Program-made: the position numbers and the translations under genes
Assembly: GCA_965215505.1 (NCBI GenBank)
Contig: OZ244065.1
Location: forward strand, 2,688,001-2,752,000
Source: Capsulimonadaceae bacterium
Lineage (GTDB): Bacteria; Armatimonadota; Armatimonadia; Armatimonadales; Capsulimonadaceae
Length of the DNA stretch: 64,000 nucleotides
Reading direction: 5' to 3'
Notes under the pieces: model-generated
Seen by the model: only the letters and a program-made list of their open reading frames with translations
Databases searched by the model: none
What the model was told of the DNA's origin: nothing
Shown: in pieces, positions 55,991 to 64,000 of the stretch
Layout of the letters: each line of letters starts with the position of its first letter
Numbering within the stretch: the stretch's first letter is position 1

Positions 55991-56073
55991 AGTATAGCGG
56001 CCCGCCGCCGGGCTGTCAAGACGCGCTCCCGCCCGCACCCGCGTTGACACCCGCCCGCCGCGTATGCTAGAAT
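55991..56073. promoter_or_regulatory. Divergent sigma70 promoter pair
   Basis: Minus: TTGACA 56014-56019, 17 bp, TATACT 55991-55996. Plus: TTGACA 56044-56049, 18 bp, TAGAAT 56068-56073. Confidence 0.7.
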
Positions 56074-56088
56074 GCAAGGAGAACGCCG

Positions 56089-56892
56089 TTGATCCCATTG
56101 CGAGACGACCAGCCCACCAGCGCCTTCCCCCTCGTCACCGTCCTGCTGATCGCCCTGAACGTCCTGGTGTATGTCGGCCAGCAGGTCCTCCCGCTGGAAC
56201 AGGTGTGGGCGCTGGTGCCCTACGCGGTCACGCACAACGCTGACCTGAACGGGGCGTTCGCCCACATCGGGCCGGGCGGCGTCGCACACCTGATCCACCC
56301 GCCGCCGGGCGTCACGATCCGGCTCGGCCCCGGCGACATCCCGTTCGGCCCCAGCCCGCACCCGGTCTGGCTGACGATCTTCACTTCGATGTTCCTGCAC
56401 AGCGGCCTGCTGCACATCGGCGGCAACATGCTGTACCTGTGGATCTTCGGCAACAACGTCGAGGACGTGCTGGGCCGGGGCCGCTTCCTGCTGTTCTACT
56501 TCGCCTGCGGCCTGGCCGCTTCGGCGGCCCAGATCGGCATTGATCCGAACTCCTTGATCCCGAACGTCGGCGCGTCCGGGGCCATCGCGGGCGTCCTGGG
56601 CGCGTACTTCATCCTGTACCCGAACGCGCGCGTCCTGAGCATCGTGCCGCTCTTCTTCATCGGGTTCCTGGCGCAAGTCCGGGCGTTCTGGGTGCTGCTG
56701 CTGTGGATCGTGCTGAACGTCTTCCAGGGTCTATCGGGCCTGGGCATGATGAACGGCGGGGGCGTCGCGCACTTCGCCCACATCGGCGGCTTCTTCGCGG
56801 GACTTGTGCTGATTTTGCTGCTCGGCGGGCCTCGCCTGGCCGACCGGCAGCACCAGCGGGCCTCCTACCCCCCGCCGTGGCGCGCGTCTTAG
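56089..56892 (+). CDS. Rhomboid family intramembrane serine protease
   Basis: IPLRD, TSMFLH....HIGGNMLYLWIFGNNVED, GASGAIAG, AHIGGF; AAGGAG RBS. Confidence 0.92.
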   Translation: MIPLRDDQPTSAFPLVTVLLIALNVLVYVGQQVLPLEQVWALVPYAVTHNADLNGAFAHIGPGGVAHLIHPPPGVTIRLGPGDIPFGPSPHPVWLTIFTSMFLHSGLLHIGGNMLYLWIFGNNVEDVLGRGRFLLFYFACGLAASAAQIGIDPNSLIPNVGASGAIAGVLGAYFILYPNARVLSIVPLFFIGFLAQVRAFWVLLLWIVLNVFQGLSGLGMMNGGGVAHFAHIGGFFAGLVLILLLGGPRLADRQHQRASYPPPWRAS

Positions 56893-56916
56893 CGCCGGGC
56901 CATTGATGGCAGGCCA

Positions 56917-56945
56917 TTGACAGAACGCGGTAGGGGCCTTATAAT
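56917..56945 (+). promoter_or_regulatory. Consensus sigma70 promoter of the PIN toxin-antitoxin pair
   Basis: TTGACA-17 bp-TATAAT. Confidence 0.8.
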
Positions 56946-56977
56946 CTACCTGATGATCTACTCGGGAGGGTGAAGCG

Positions 56978-57382
56978 GTGACACTGGATCTACAAGCGGC
57001 CCTGCCGGAAGACCTGGCGCGGCGCGTCAAGGCCGGCGCGGAAGAGCGCGGCGTGTCAACATGGGACTTCCTGAGCCTGCTCATCGGGCTATCCCTGCTC
57101 CCGCAGATGCGCCTGTCGGAAGACTGCGCCCTGCGCGACCTCTCCGATGAGGTAATGGCCTACTTCCAGCGGCGCGCGGCGGACATGGAGCGCGAGAGCG
57201 GCAAGGCCGCCCAATGGATACCTGGGGTGAATGACTACCGGGTCCCGCAGTCGCAGGAGGAACTAGGGCCGCGCGTCAAGCCACCGCCTGGAAAGACTAT
57301 CAAGGACATGCTGCCCACGGAGCCGTGGCCTGGGGACGAGACGGACGAAGAGCTGCTGGCCGCCCTCAAGGCGATGAGCTGA
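56978..57382 (+). CDS. Putative antitoxin
   Basis: RHH-like N-terminus (LPEDLARRVKAGAEERGVS); C-terminal WPGDETDEELLAAL; TGATG coupling to the PIN gene. Confidence 0.65.
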   Translation: MTLDLQAALPEDLARRVKAGAEERGVSTWDFLSLLIGLSLLPQMRLSEDCALRDLSDEVMAYFQRRAADMERESGKAAQWIPGVNDYRVPQSQEELGPRVKPPPGKTIKDMLPTEPWPGDETDEELLAALKAMS

Positions 57383-57810
57383 TGTCGCAGCTATTGGATA
57401 CCAGTATCCTGCTTGCTTATGTCCGCCGCGGCCTGCTGTTGGCCTGGATCGAGGCGCAGTACGCGCTGACGACCTCTGCCCTGACGCCTTCTATCAGCAT
57501 TGTTACGCAGGGTGAGATGCGTGCCCTCGCGCTCCGGCTGGCACGGGGCGCGGCGAAGGTTCAGCGCCTCAACCAGTTGTTGAGCCTGTTTATTGTCGTG
57601 CCCTTGCCCATCGCAGGCGTCATAGATGCATACGCCCGGATAGACCACTGCTGCGTTCAGAACGGCCTCGCCGTCGGCAAGAACGACCTGTGGATCGCGG
57701 CCACCGCGAACGTCACCGGCGCGGCGATCCTCACGACCGACCGCGATTTCGACCCGCTGCACGGGGTGTTCCTACAGCGGGATTGGGTTGACCCGGCCAG
57801 CCGCCTTTAG
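57382..57810 (+). CDS. vapC: PIN domain (VapC-like) ribonuclease toxin
   Basis: LLDTSIL, SIVTQGE, GKNDLWIAATA, LTTDRDF. Confidence 0.85.
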   Translation: MSQLLDTSILLAYVRRGLLLAWIEAQYALTTSALTPSISIVTQGEMRALALRLARGAAKVQRLNQLLSLFIVVPLPIAGVIDAYARIDHCCVQNGLAVGKNDLWIAATANVTGAAILTTDRDFDPLHGVFLQRDWVDPASRL

Positions 57811-57853
57811 CCGCCGTCCTGATGCTCGCCGGCCGCGCACCGAGAACCACTTT

Positions 57854-59809
57854 TTGATCAAACCGAACCTCATCCTCTCCCTCCTCATCGCCCTCGGCCT
57901 GCTCGGCGGGCTGGCCTCGGCGGGGCACCGCTGGCAGGCCGAGGCGCGCAACCGGCGCGTCGAACTGGTCGTGGACTACGGCGACGCCCAGGCGCTCGCG
58001 AACACGACCCGGAGGCAGTTGGACGACGTCTTGCAGCAGCTCCGGGCGGCGGGCATCACGACGGTCGCCGTCACCGAGGACACGCTGGGGACTCTGAACG
58101 CGAACGGCGTCGTCACCTATCAGCGGGACGGCGACGAGACGGTCTTGACGTTTGCGCCCGGATTCCCGACCGAGCGGCCGCGCGTGGTCCAGATGCTCCG
58201 GCACAAGGCACCCGGTTTGGACGTCACGCCGGAGGGCGCGGACGGGCTGCGGGTCGGGTCGCCCTGGCCGCAGTTCAGCACCCTCCCCATCGGGCTGGGC
58301 GCGGACGCCGTGGACGCCGTCAAGCGGAACGGCCTGCTGGTCGCGCCGCGCCTGGTGAACTTCACCGGCGTCACCCAGGACAACATCGCCTGGGAGCTGG
58401 CACAGACGAAGCGGCAGTGTGCGGACGCCCAGGGCATCGGGCCGGTCATTTTCGCCGGGTCGTCCGTCCTAGGCAACCGGGGCCTCATCAAAGCCACATC
58501 GGACGCCCTGGCCGCGGAAGGGCTGACCTACGGCAGCGTCGAACTGGGCAAAACGCTCGGGGATGAGGATTTGTCGCGCATGGCCGCCGCCGACACGGTC
58601 CGCGTCCACAGCATCGGGACCGACGAGATGGGCACCATGGACGAGCCGACCGCCGTGGAGCGGTTCGTCCGGGCCGCCAAGGAGCGCAACATCCGGGTCT
58701 GCTATGTGCGCTTGTTCACCTTCGGGCTGACCAAAGACGCCGACGTGATCCACGCCAACACCGAGTTCATCGGCAAGATCGTCAAGGGGATGCGCCAAGC
58801 GCGGCTGACCGTCGCCGGCCCGGCCCACCCCTATGCCGCCGACCCCGCACCGGGCCTTGCCCTGCGCGCCCTGATGGCGCTGGGGGTGATCGGCGGTGCG
58901 CTGCTGCTGCTGCGCGTGTTCACGGGGATCACGGGAAGAGCCTTCGCCGCCGCCCTCGTTCTGGGCGTGGTGGTGGCCGTCGGACTGGCCATACCCGGTC
59001 ACACGCCGAAGGGCCGCGAGGCACTGGCCCTGCTCTCGGCCTGCGTCTTCCCGACCCTGGGCCTGTGCGCCGTCGCCCTGCCCCGGCCGGTGCGGGACGG
59101 CTCCAGCGGGAAGGTGCTGGGCCGCGCGTTCGGGACTTACGTCAGGATGACGGGCTTCACGGTCATCGGGATCGTCCTGGTCATCGGCCTGCTCTCGGGG
59201 CGGCTGTTCCTGATTAAAGTAGACGAATTCTTAGGCGTCAAGCTGGTGCTGGTGACGCCCGTCCTGCTGGTCGCTTTGTACTACGGGCTGGGGCTGGCCG
59301 CGCTCCACCCGGACGCCGGGTGGGCGGAGCGCCGGGGGGCGGTGGAGGACTGCCTGCGCGCCCTGGCCGCCCGGCCGCTGCTGCTGGGGCAGGTCGCGGT
59401 CGGGATGGTCGCCCTAGCTGCTTTAGCTTTCCTGGTCGCCCGCAGCGGCAACGACCCCGGCGTCGGCGTCTCGGGGAGCGAACTGACCATGCGCTCCCTT
59501 CTGGACAAGTACCTGTATGTCCGCCCGCGCACGAAGGAGTTCCTGCTGGGCCACCCGGCCCTGCTGCTGGGCCTCGCGGCGGCGGCCTCGGGCCGGTTCG
59601 TCCGCTGGACCCTGCCGCTGCTGGTCGTCGGAGCCATCGGGCAGTCGTCGCTGATGGACACGTTCTGCCACCTGCACACGCCCCTGGTCATTTCGGGCCT
59701 GCACGGGCTGATCGGGTGGGTGCTGGGCGCGCTCTTCGGCGCGGCCCTCTGGCTCGCCGCGTCGCGCTCCTTCGCCGGGGAACACGAGACACCGAAGGCG
59801 GCCTTGTGA
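57854..59809 (+). CDS. DUF5693 family membrane protein
   Basis: E..NRRVELVVDY, RVHSI, RAAKERNIR, FLGVKL, RSGN, RPRTKEFLLGHP, DTFCHLHTP; TTG start inferred. Confidence 0.85.
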   Translation: MIKPNLILSLLIALGLLGGLASAGHRWQAEARNRRVELVVDYGDAQALANTTRRQLDDVLQQLRAAGITTVAVTEDTLGTLNANGVVTYQRDGDETVLTFAPGFPTERPRVVQMLRHKAPGLDVTPEGADGLRVGSPWPQFSTLPIGLGADAVDAVKRNGLLVAPRLVNFTGVTQDNIAWELAQTKRQCADAQGIGPVIFAGSSVLGNRGLIKATSDALAAEGLTYGSVELGKTLGDEDLSRMAAADTVRVHSIGTDEMGTMDEPTAVERFVRAAKERNIRVCYVRLFTFGLTKDADVIHANTEFIGKIVKGMRQARLTVAGPAHPYAADPAPGLALRALMALGVIGGALLLLRVFTGITGRAFAAALVLGVVVAVGLAIPGHTPKGREALALLSACVFPTLGLCAVALPRPVRDGSSGKVLGRAFGTYVRMTGFTVIGIVLVIGLLSGRLFLIKVDEFLGVKLVLVTPVLLVALYYGLGLAALHPDAGWAERRGAVEDCLRALAARPLLLGQVAVGMVALAALAFLVARSGNDPGVGVSGSELTMRSLLDKYLYVRPRTKEFLLGHPALLLGLAAAASGRFVRWTLPLLVVGAIGQSSLMDTFCHLHTPLVISGLHGLIGWVLGALFGAALWLAASRSFAGEHETPKAAL

Positions 59810-60909
59810 AGCGCCTCCTGCTGTCCGGCTATTACGGCTACGGCAATGCCGGGGACGAGGCCGTCCTCGCCGGGCTGGTCGCGGGCTTCCGGGCCACCGG
59901 AGCGGAACTGGAGATCGTCGCCCTGTCGGGCAGCCCCGCCGAAACCGAGGCCGCGCACGGCATCGCCGCCGCCGACCGCTACCAGCCCGGCGCGCTGCTG
60001 CGCGAGACCCGCCGGGCCGACCTGTTCCTGTCGGGCGGCGGAAGCCTGCTGCAAGACGTGACCTCGGCCCACGGCATCTTCTACTATTTGGGCGTCGTCC
60101 GGATGGCGCAGGTGCTAGGCAAGAGGACCATGTTCATCGCCCAGGGCATCGGCCCCCTGAAACGGGCGCGCTCGCGCCGCCTGGTCCGGTCCGTCGCCAA
60201 CCGCCTGAACGCCGTGACCGTCCGCGATGCAGGCTCGGCGGCTCTGCTGGCCGAGATCGGCGTCACCCGCCCGCCCATAGAGGTGACCGCCGACCCCGCC
60301 CTGCTGCTGACGGCTCCCGCCGTCTCGTCCGACTCCCCGCTCCCGCTCGCGGGGGAGGGGCGGGGGGTGGGGGTTCCTTCCTTCGGCGTCGCCCTGCGCC
60401 CGTGGCAGGGGCAGGAAGGCCTCGCCGCCCACGTCGCCGACGCCTGCGCCTCCGTCCTCAGCGGGCGGCGCGCGCTGCTGCTGCCGATGCAGCCCTCAAG
60501 CGACAAGCCGGTCGCGGAACAATTCGCCCGCCAGTGGCATCAGAGGGACCAGGAGCGGAACCGCGCGACGCTCTGCTCGCTGGAAAAGGGGCTGACGCCG
60601 CTGCTGGCGAACATCGCCGCCTGCGACCTGATGATCGGGATGCGCCTGCACGCTTTGATCCTCGCCGCCGCCGCCGGGGTGCCGTCGGTCGCGCTCTCGT
60701 ATGACCCCAAAGTGGACGCCTTCATGCAGGCCAGCGGCCAGGGCGAGGCCGTGTACGACCTGGCCCATTCCGACCCTGACGTGCTGCAATCCTTGCTGAC
60801 GCGCGCCTGGGCCGACCGGGCGGGCCGCGCCGCCGCCCTCCGGGCGGCCCTGCCGCCCCTGCGCGCATTGGCCGCGCGCAACGTGGACGTGGCCTTAGAA
60901 CTGTTGTAA
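59806..60909 (+). CDS. csaB: Polysaccharide pyruvyl transferase CsaB
   Basis: LLSGYYGYGNAGDEAVL, SGGGSLLQDVTS, AQGIGPL, TVRD..S, TADP, GMRLHALI, SYDPKV; GTGA overlap. Confidence 0.92.
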   Translation: MKRLLLSGYYGYGNAGDEAVLAGLVAGFRATGAELEIVALSGSPAETEAAHGIAAADRYQPGALLRETRRADLFLSGGGSLLQDVTSAHGIFYYLGVVRMAQVLGKRTMFIAQGIGPLKRARSRRLVRSVANRLNAVTVRDAGSAALLAEIGVTRPPIEVTADPALLLTAPAVSSDSPLPLAGEGRGVGVPSFGVALRPWQGQEGLAAHVADACASVLSGRRALLLPMQPSSDKPVAEQFARQWHQRDQERNRATLCSLEKGLTPLLANIAACDLMIGMRLHALILAAAAGVPSVALSYDPKVDAFMQASGQGEAVYDLAHSDPDVLQSLLTRAWADRAGRAAALRAALPPLRALAARNVDVALELL

Positions 60910-60936
60910 CATCCGCGGTCGAGGGGCCGCTCCCGC

Positions 60937-60970
60937 GTAGGGGCGCGATGCATCGCGCCCTCTCCCCTAC
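60937..60970. repeat. GTAG-type REP, followed by a 17-bp duplication
   Basis: GTAGGGGCGCGATGCATCGCGCCC..CCCCTAC; CGTTCTTACGCCTCTTC x2 just downstream. Confidence 0.75.
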
Positions 60971-61027
60971 GCCTTTCGTTCTTACGCCTCTTCCGTTCTT
61001 ACGCCTCTTCGCAGAAAGGGATCTTCC

Positions 61028-62617
61028 ATGTCTCGCTCCTCTCTCACGCCCCTGCTCCTCGCCTCCGGCGCACTGGGCGCTGTCCTGCTCGCCGGCTGCG
61101 GCGGTGGGGGCGGCAACGGCAACAACTCCGGCGGCAACAATGACACCGGCGGCACCGGCACTAACACCAGCGGCACCAATAACGGCACCATCCTCCCCGT
61201 CCTGAACGCAGACGTGATCGGCAAGGTCACGGACACGCAGGGCAACGGCGTTCCGGGCGTCTCCCTCATCCCCGACAGCGGCGGGACCGCCGCCGTCTCG
61301 CTCGGCCAGGGCAGCTACCGGCTCAACGGCCTGACGGGCAACGTCGTCCACCGGATCACCGCCTCGGTCCAGAGCGGCGGCACCCAGTACACCGGCAGCA
61401 CCGAAGTCCTGACCCAGAGCAACCTCCTGGTCTCCAACGCCAACATCCTGCTGTCCCCCACCGGACGCCAGGCCACCGTCAGCGGGACGGTGCAGAACGC
61501 CAGCGGCGTCCCCATCGCCAATGTCCGCGTCTTCCTCGCCCTGCCCAACGGCAGCGCGACCCAGGCCGGCAACTACTCGTCCCTGATCGCCTTCACCGAC
61601 GCCAACGGCGTCTACACCATCCCCAACATCCCCTCCGACGCGCCCTCCGGCGGGGCCGTGACCATCACCGCCTCGACGCCCGGCGCGTCGAACCAGACTT
61701 TCACACTGGCCACTCTCCAGCCGAGCGGCTCCTACAGCCAGAACTTCACCCTGAACGCCTCGACCCAGGCGGCCGTCGGTGCCCCGACCATCGCCTTCGT
61801 CACCACCGCCACCGAGCCGGTCGATTCGCAGAGCGGGCGGGCCATCCAGGCACACCTTGCGGGAGGCCCCGCCGCCATCTATGACCAGATCCGCCGCCGC
61901 CTTTCGCCCGCTTACGCCCGCGCAGCGGCCCGCCACGCGGTCAGCGGCAAGCGCCTGACCGCCCGCCTCGCCGCCCACGTCACCGGCGACTACGCCGTCG
62001 AGACGGACATCGCCTTCGACAACCCGGCCCAGGCCGGCAGCGTCGTCGGCAACACCATCTACCGGACGGCGGGGACGGCCGCGAGCGTCCTGCCCACCGA
62101 GAGTGCGAGCGACGCCTACGACTTCCTCCAGGACCCCCTGGCGAACTACTACACGGACCTCACCTTCTCGACCAACACCAGCACCACGGTGACGGGCACC
62201 CAGTATAACTTCGCCCTCAGCGCCACCAACACCGACAGCGCCGAGTCCGGCCTGTCCGCGACCTACTCCATCACCCCGCTCGGCCAGCTCACGCTGAACG
62301 CGCCGATCACCGGCCAGGTCTACGTCGGCACCGCGACCATCACCTGGACCCCCGCCACGGGCGCGGCCCGCTACTATGTGGACATCTACGACCAGTACCC
62401 GACCATCGGCCTCAACCCGCTCCTCAGCTCCGCCGCCCTCCCAGCCGGGACCGCCTCCTACACCGTCCCCGCCCTGAAAGGCGGCCAGGACTACTACGTC
62501 GTCGTCTCCGGCGTCGCCGACCCGGTCGAGACCTTGCTGCCCACCGCCACCGCCACCGCCGCCGTCGTCGGCGGGGCACAGACCTACAGCCAGATCACCC
62601 GCTTCCACATCCAGTAG
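61028..62617 (+). CDS. Surface lipoprotein with carboxypeptidase-regulatory-like (prealbumin-fold) and FN3-like beta domains
   Basis: Lipobox LLAG-C, G/N/T-rich linker, G.VTD..G..VPGV, TDANGVYTI.NIP, ITWTPATGA.RY.V. Confidence 0.8.
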   Translation: MSRSSLTPLLLASGALGAVLLAGCGGGGGNGNNSGGNNDTGGTGTNTSGTNNGTILPVLNADVIGKVTDTQGNGVPGVSLIPDSGGTAAVSLGQGSYRLNGLTGNVVHRITASVQSGGTQYTGSTEVLTQSNLLVSNANILLSPTGRQATVSGTVQNASGVPIANVRVFLALPNGSATQAGNYSSLIAFTDANGVYTIPNIPSDAPSGGAVTITASTPGASNQTFTLATLQPSGSYSQNFTLNASTQAAVGAPTIAFVTTATEPVDSQSGRAIQAHLAGGPAAIYDQIRRRLSPAYARAAARHAVSGKRLTARLAAHVTGDYAVETDIAFDNPAQAGSVVGNTIYRTAGTAASVLPTESASDAYDFLQDPLANYYTDLTFSTNTSTTVTGTQYNFALSATNTDSAESGLSATYSITPLGQLTLNAPITGQVYVGTATITWTPATGAARYYVDIYDQYPTIGLNPLLSSAALPAGTASYTVPALKGGQDYYVVVSGVADPVETLLPTATATAAVVGGAQTYSQITRFHIQ

Positions 62618-62656
62618 GGCTTTTCCCGCCCGCTGTGCGATGGCAGACGACAAAGA

Positions 62657-62700
62657 CAACGGCCCCCGCCCCTCATTAGGAGGCGGGGGCCGTTGCGTTT
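62657..62700 (+). terminator. Probable intrinsic terminator
   Basis: CAACGGCCCCCGCC/GGCGGGGGCCGTTG stem followed by CGTTT. Confidence 0.6.
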
Positions 62701-62710
62701 GCCAGCGCCC

Positions 62711-62739
62711 TTGACAGGACCGCCTACGCACCGTAAAAT
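62711..62739 (+). promoter_or_regulatory. Sigma70 promoter of the aspartyl protease gene
   Basis: TTGACA-17 bp-TAAAAT. Confidence 0.65.
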
Positions 62740-62796
62740 GGATGCACAGGCGGCAGGACAGACGGGACGGATCGGGTAATTAAAGGGACGGTGACA

Positions 62797-63867
62797 ATGC
62801 CATACACACAAAATGGTCTCGCTCAGGGCGCTCGTGTCGGGACACGGCGGCGCTCAACGCTCACGCGCCTGGCGGCCCTGCTGACACTGACTCTTGCCTT
62901 TTGTGGACTCGCCTCCGCCCATGCGGACCCGGCCGCGCCTCTGTCGCCGACACTCATCTCTTGTTCCCGTACACGGGCCGGCCAACTGCTCGTCCCCATC
63001 AGGCTGACCGGCGCGAAGGGAGAAAAGGTCGAGGCCAGCTTCATCCTAGACACCGGCGTGAATGTCTGCTCTATCACCGATACCATGGCGACGCGCCTGG
63101 GGCTGAAGTCCGAGGCCGCTGTTGGCGACGATGGAAGGCCCCAAGTGCTGAATGGAACTGCCGCCAAACTTGCCCAGGTGCCACTGCTGCAACTCGGTCG
63201 GTTCCCCTGCGGTCCCGTGCCCTGCATTATCGTTGGTGCGAAGGATCTTTCCGGTGCCGCCGGGCAGGAAATTGACGGCATCCTCGGTAACAATCTCCTA
63301 GTTGCTCTGCCGGCTCTCATCAATCTCCAGGAAAGAGAGGTCACATTCATCGCGCCAGGTCCGGTGACTGCCGACACGCTGCGATCTGTCGGCATGGCAG
63401 ACGCGACCGCGATCCCGCTGGATGATCCAGACAAAAACGATAGCTATGTCTGCAAAGTGCGGATCGAGAGCGGCGGGAGATCACTCCAGAAAGACTTAGG
63501 ACTCGACATCGGTGATGCAACGACCATGATTAACGGCTCGGATGCGCGTGCGCTTGGTCTCTCCGCCCAAGGTGCCCCTACCTCGGAAGCCACGACCTTC
63601 GCCGGCCCGCTTAAACTGTACGAGGGGAACATTACGGCGATCACTCTTGAAGGAGCAACAGCGGTCTCAGGGCAAGCGCAGGCAGGGAATGTAGTTGTTC
63701 AGAATGTTAGGGCGGACTACCCGAAAGATAATCTGCCAGACTTCCTGCCGCCCCATCTGGGCCAGGATGTACTCGCCCGCTACCTACTTCTGATTGATTA
63801 TGCTGAGAAGAAGATGTATCTCAAGCCTAACATGCCTCAGATCAAGATCAGGATCGGAGCGCCTTGA
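62797..63867 (+). CDS. Secreted double-domain retropepsin-like aspartyl protease
   Basis: FILDTG..GILG in domain 1; GLDIG..HLG.D.L in domain 2; signal peptide. Confidence 0.8.
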   Translation: MPYTQNGLAQGARVGTRRRSTLTRLAALLTLTLAFCGLASAHADPAAPLSPTLISCSRTRAGQLLVPIRLTGAKGEKVEASFILDTGVNVCSITDTMATRLGLKSEAAVGDDGRPQVLNGTAAKLAQVPLLQLGRFPCGPVPCIIVGAKDLSGAAGQEIDGILGNNLLVALPALINLQEREVTFIAPGPVTADTLRSVGMADATAIPLDDPDKNDSYVCKVRIESGGRSLQKDLGLDIGDATTMINGSDARALGLSAQGAPTSEATTFAGPLKLYEGNITAITLEGATAVSGQAQAGNVVVQNVRADYPKDNLPDFLPPHLGQDVLARYLLLIDYAEKKMYLKPNMPQIKIRIGAP

Positions 63868-64000
63868 CAAGAAGCCATGACGTTGCCCCAGCCACAGGGC
63901 GGACACGACGGCCTGAATGCAATCCTACGGGAACGTGTTCATTAGGAAAGACAGGGAGATGCCGCTGTTCGACGGGCTTGGCTCCGGGCGGACGGTGACG

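Noticed and set aside
63959-64000. Start of an ORF (ATG with GGGAG RBS) at the window end
   Set aside because: Only 14 codons are visible, so it cannot be assigned.

Overview
High-GC bacterial chromosomal window. The gene families (several prepilin/DUF1559/H-X9-DG proteins, CRTAC1/ASPIC-UnbV proteins, many secreted glycan-active enzymes, DUF5693-csaB) suggest Armatimonadota (Capsulimonas-like); this is inference, not a database result. Housekeeping or metabolic genes include a photolyase, an actinobacterial-type succinate dehydrogenase operon, surE, aspartate kinase, a dihydrouridine synthase, yggL, a CDF transporter, a rhomboid protease and csaB. There are two toxin-antitoxin modules (MNT-HEPN and PIN). 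No rRNA, tRNA, CRISPR array or transposase was found. Most notable: (1) a 16-26 kb cluster of three pilin-like H-X9-DG genes, two inverted CRTAC1 paralogs sharing a 167-bp identical tract, a small lipoprotein, a GntR-LacI regulator and a shared ACTAGT operator-like motif, flanked by GH44 and GH2 enzymes; (2) a three-copy dispersed element of nested hairpins with conserved ends and unrelated cores; (3) a coiled-coil + HNH module inside the sdh operon; (4) GTAG-type REPs with adjacent tandem arrays, plus palindromic repeats absorbed into coding sequences. All family assignments are by motif recognition; no searches were run.
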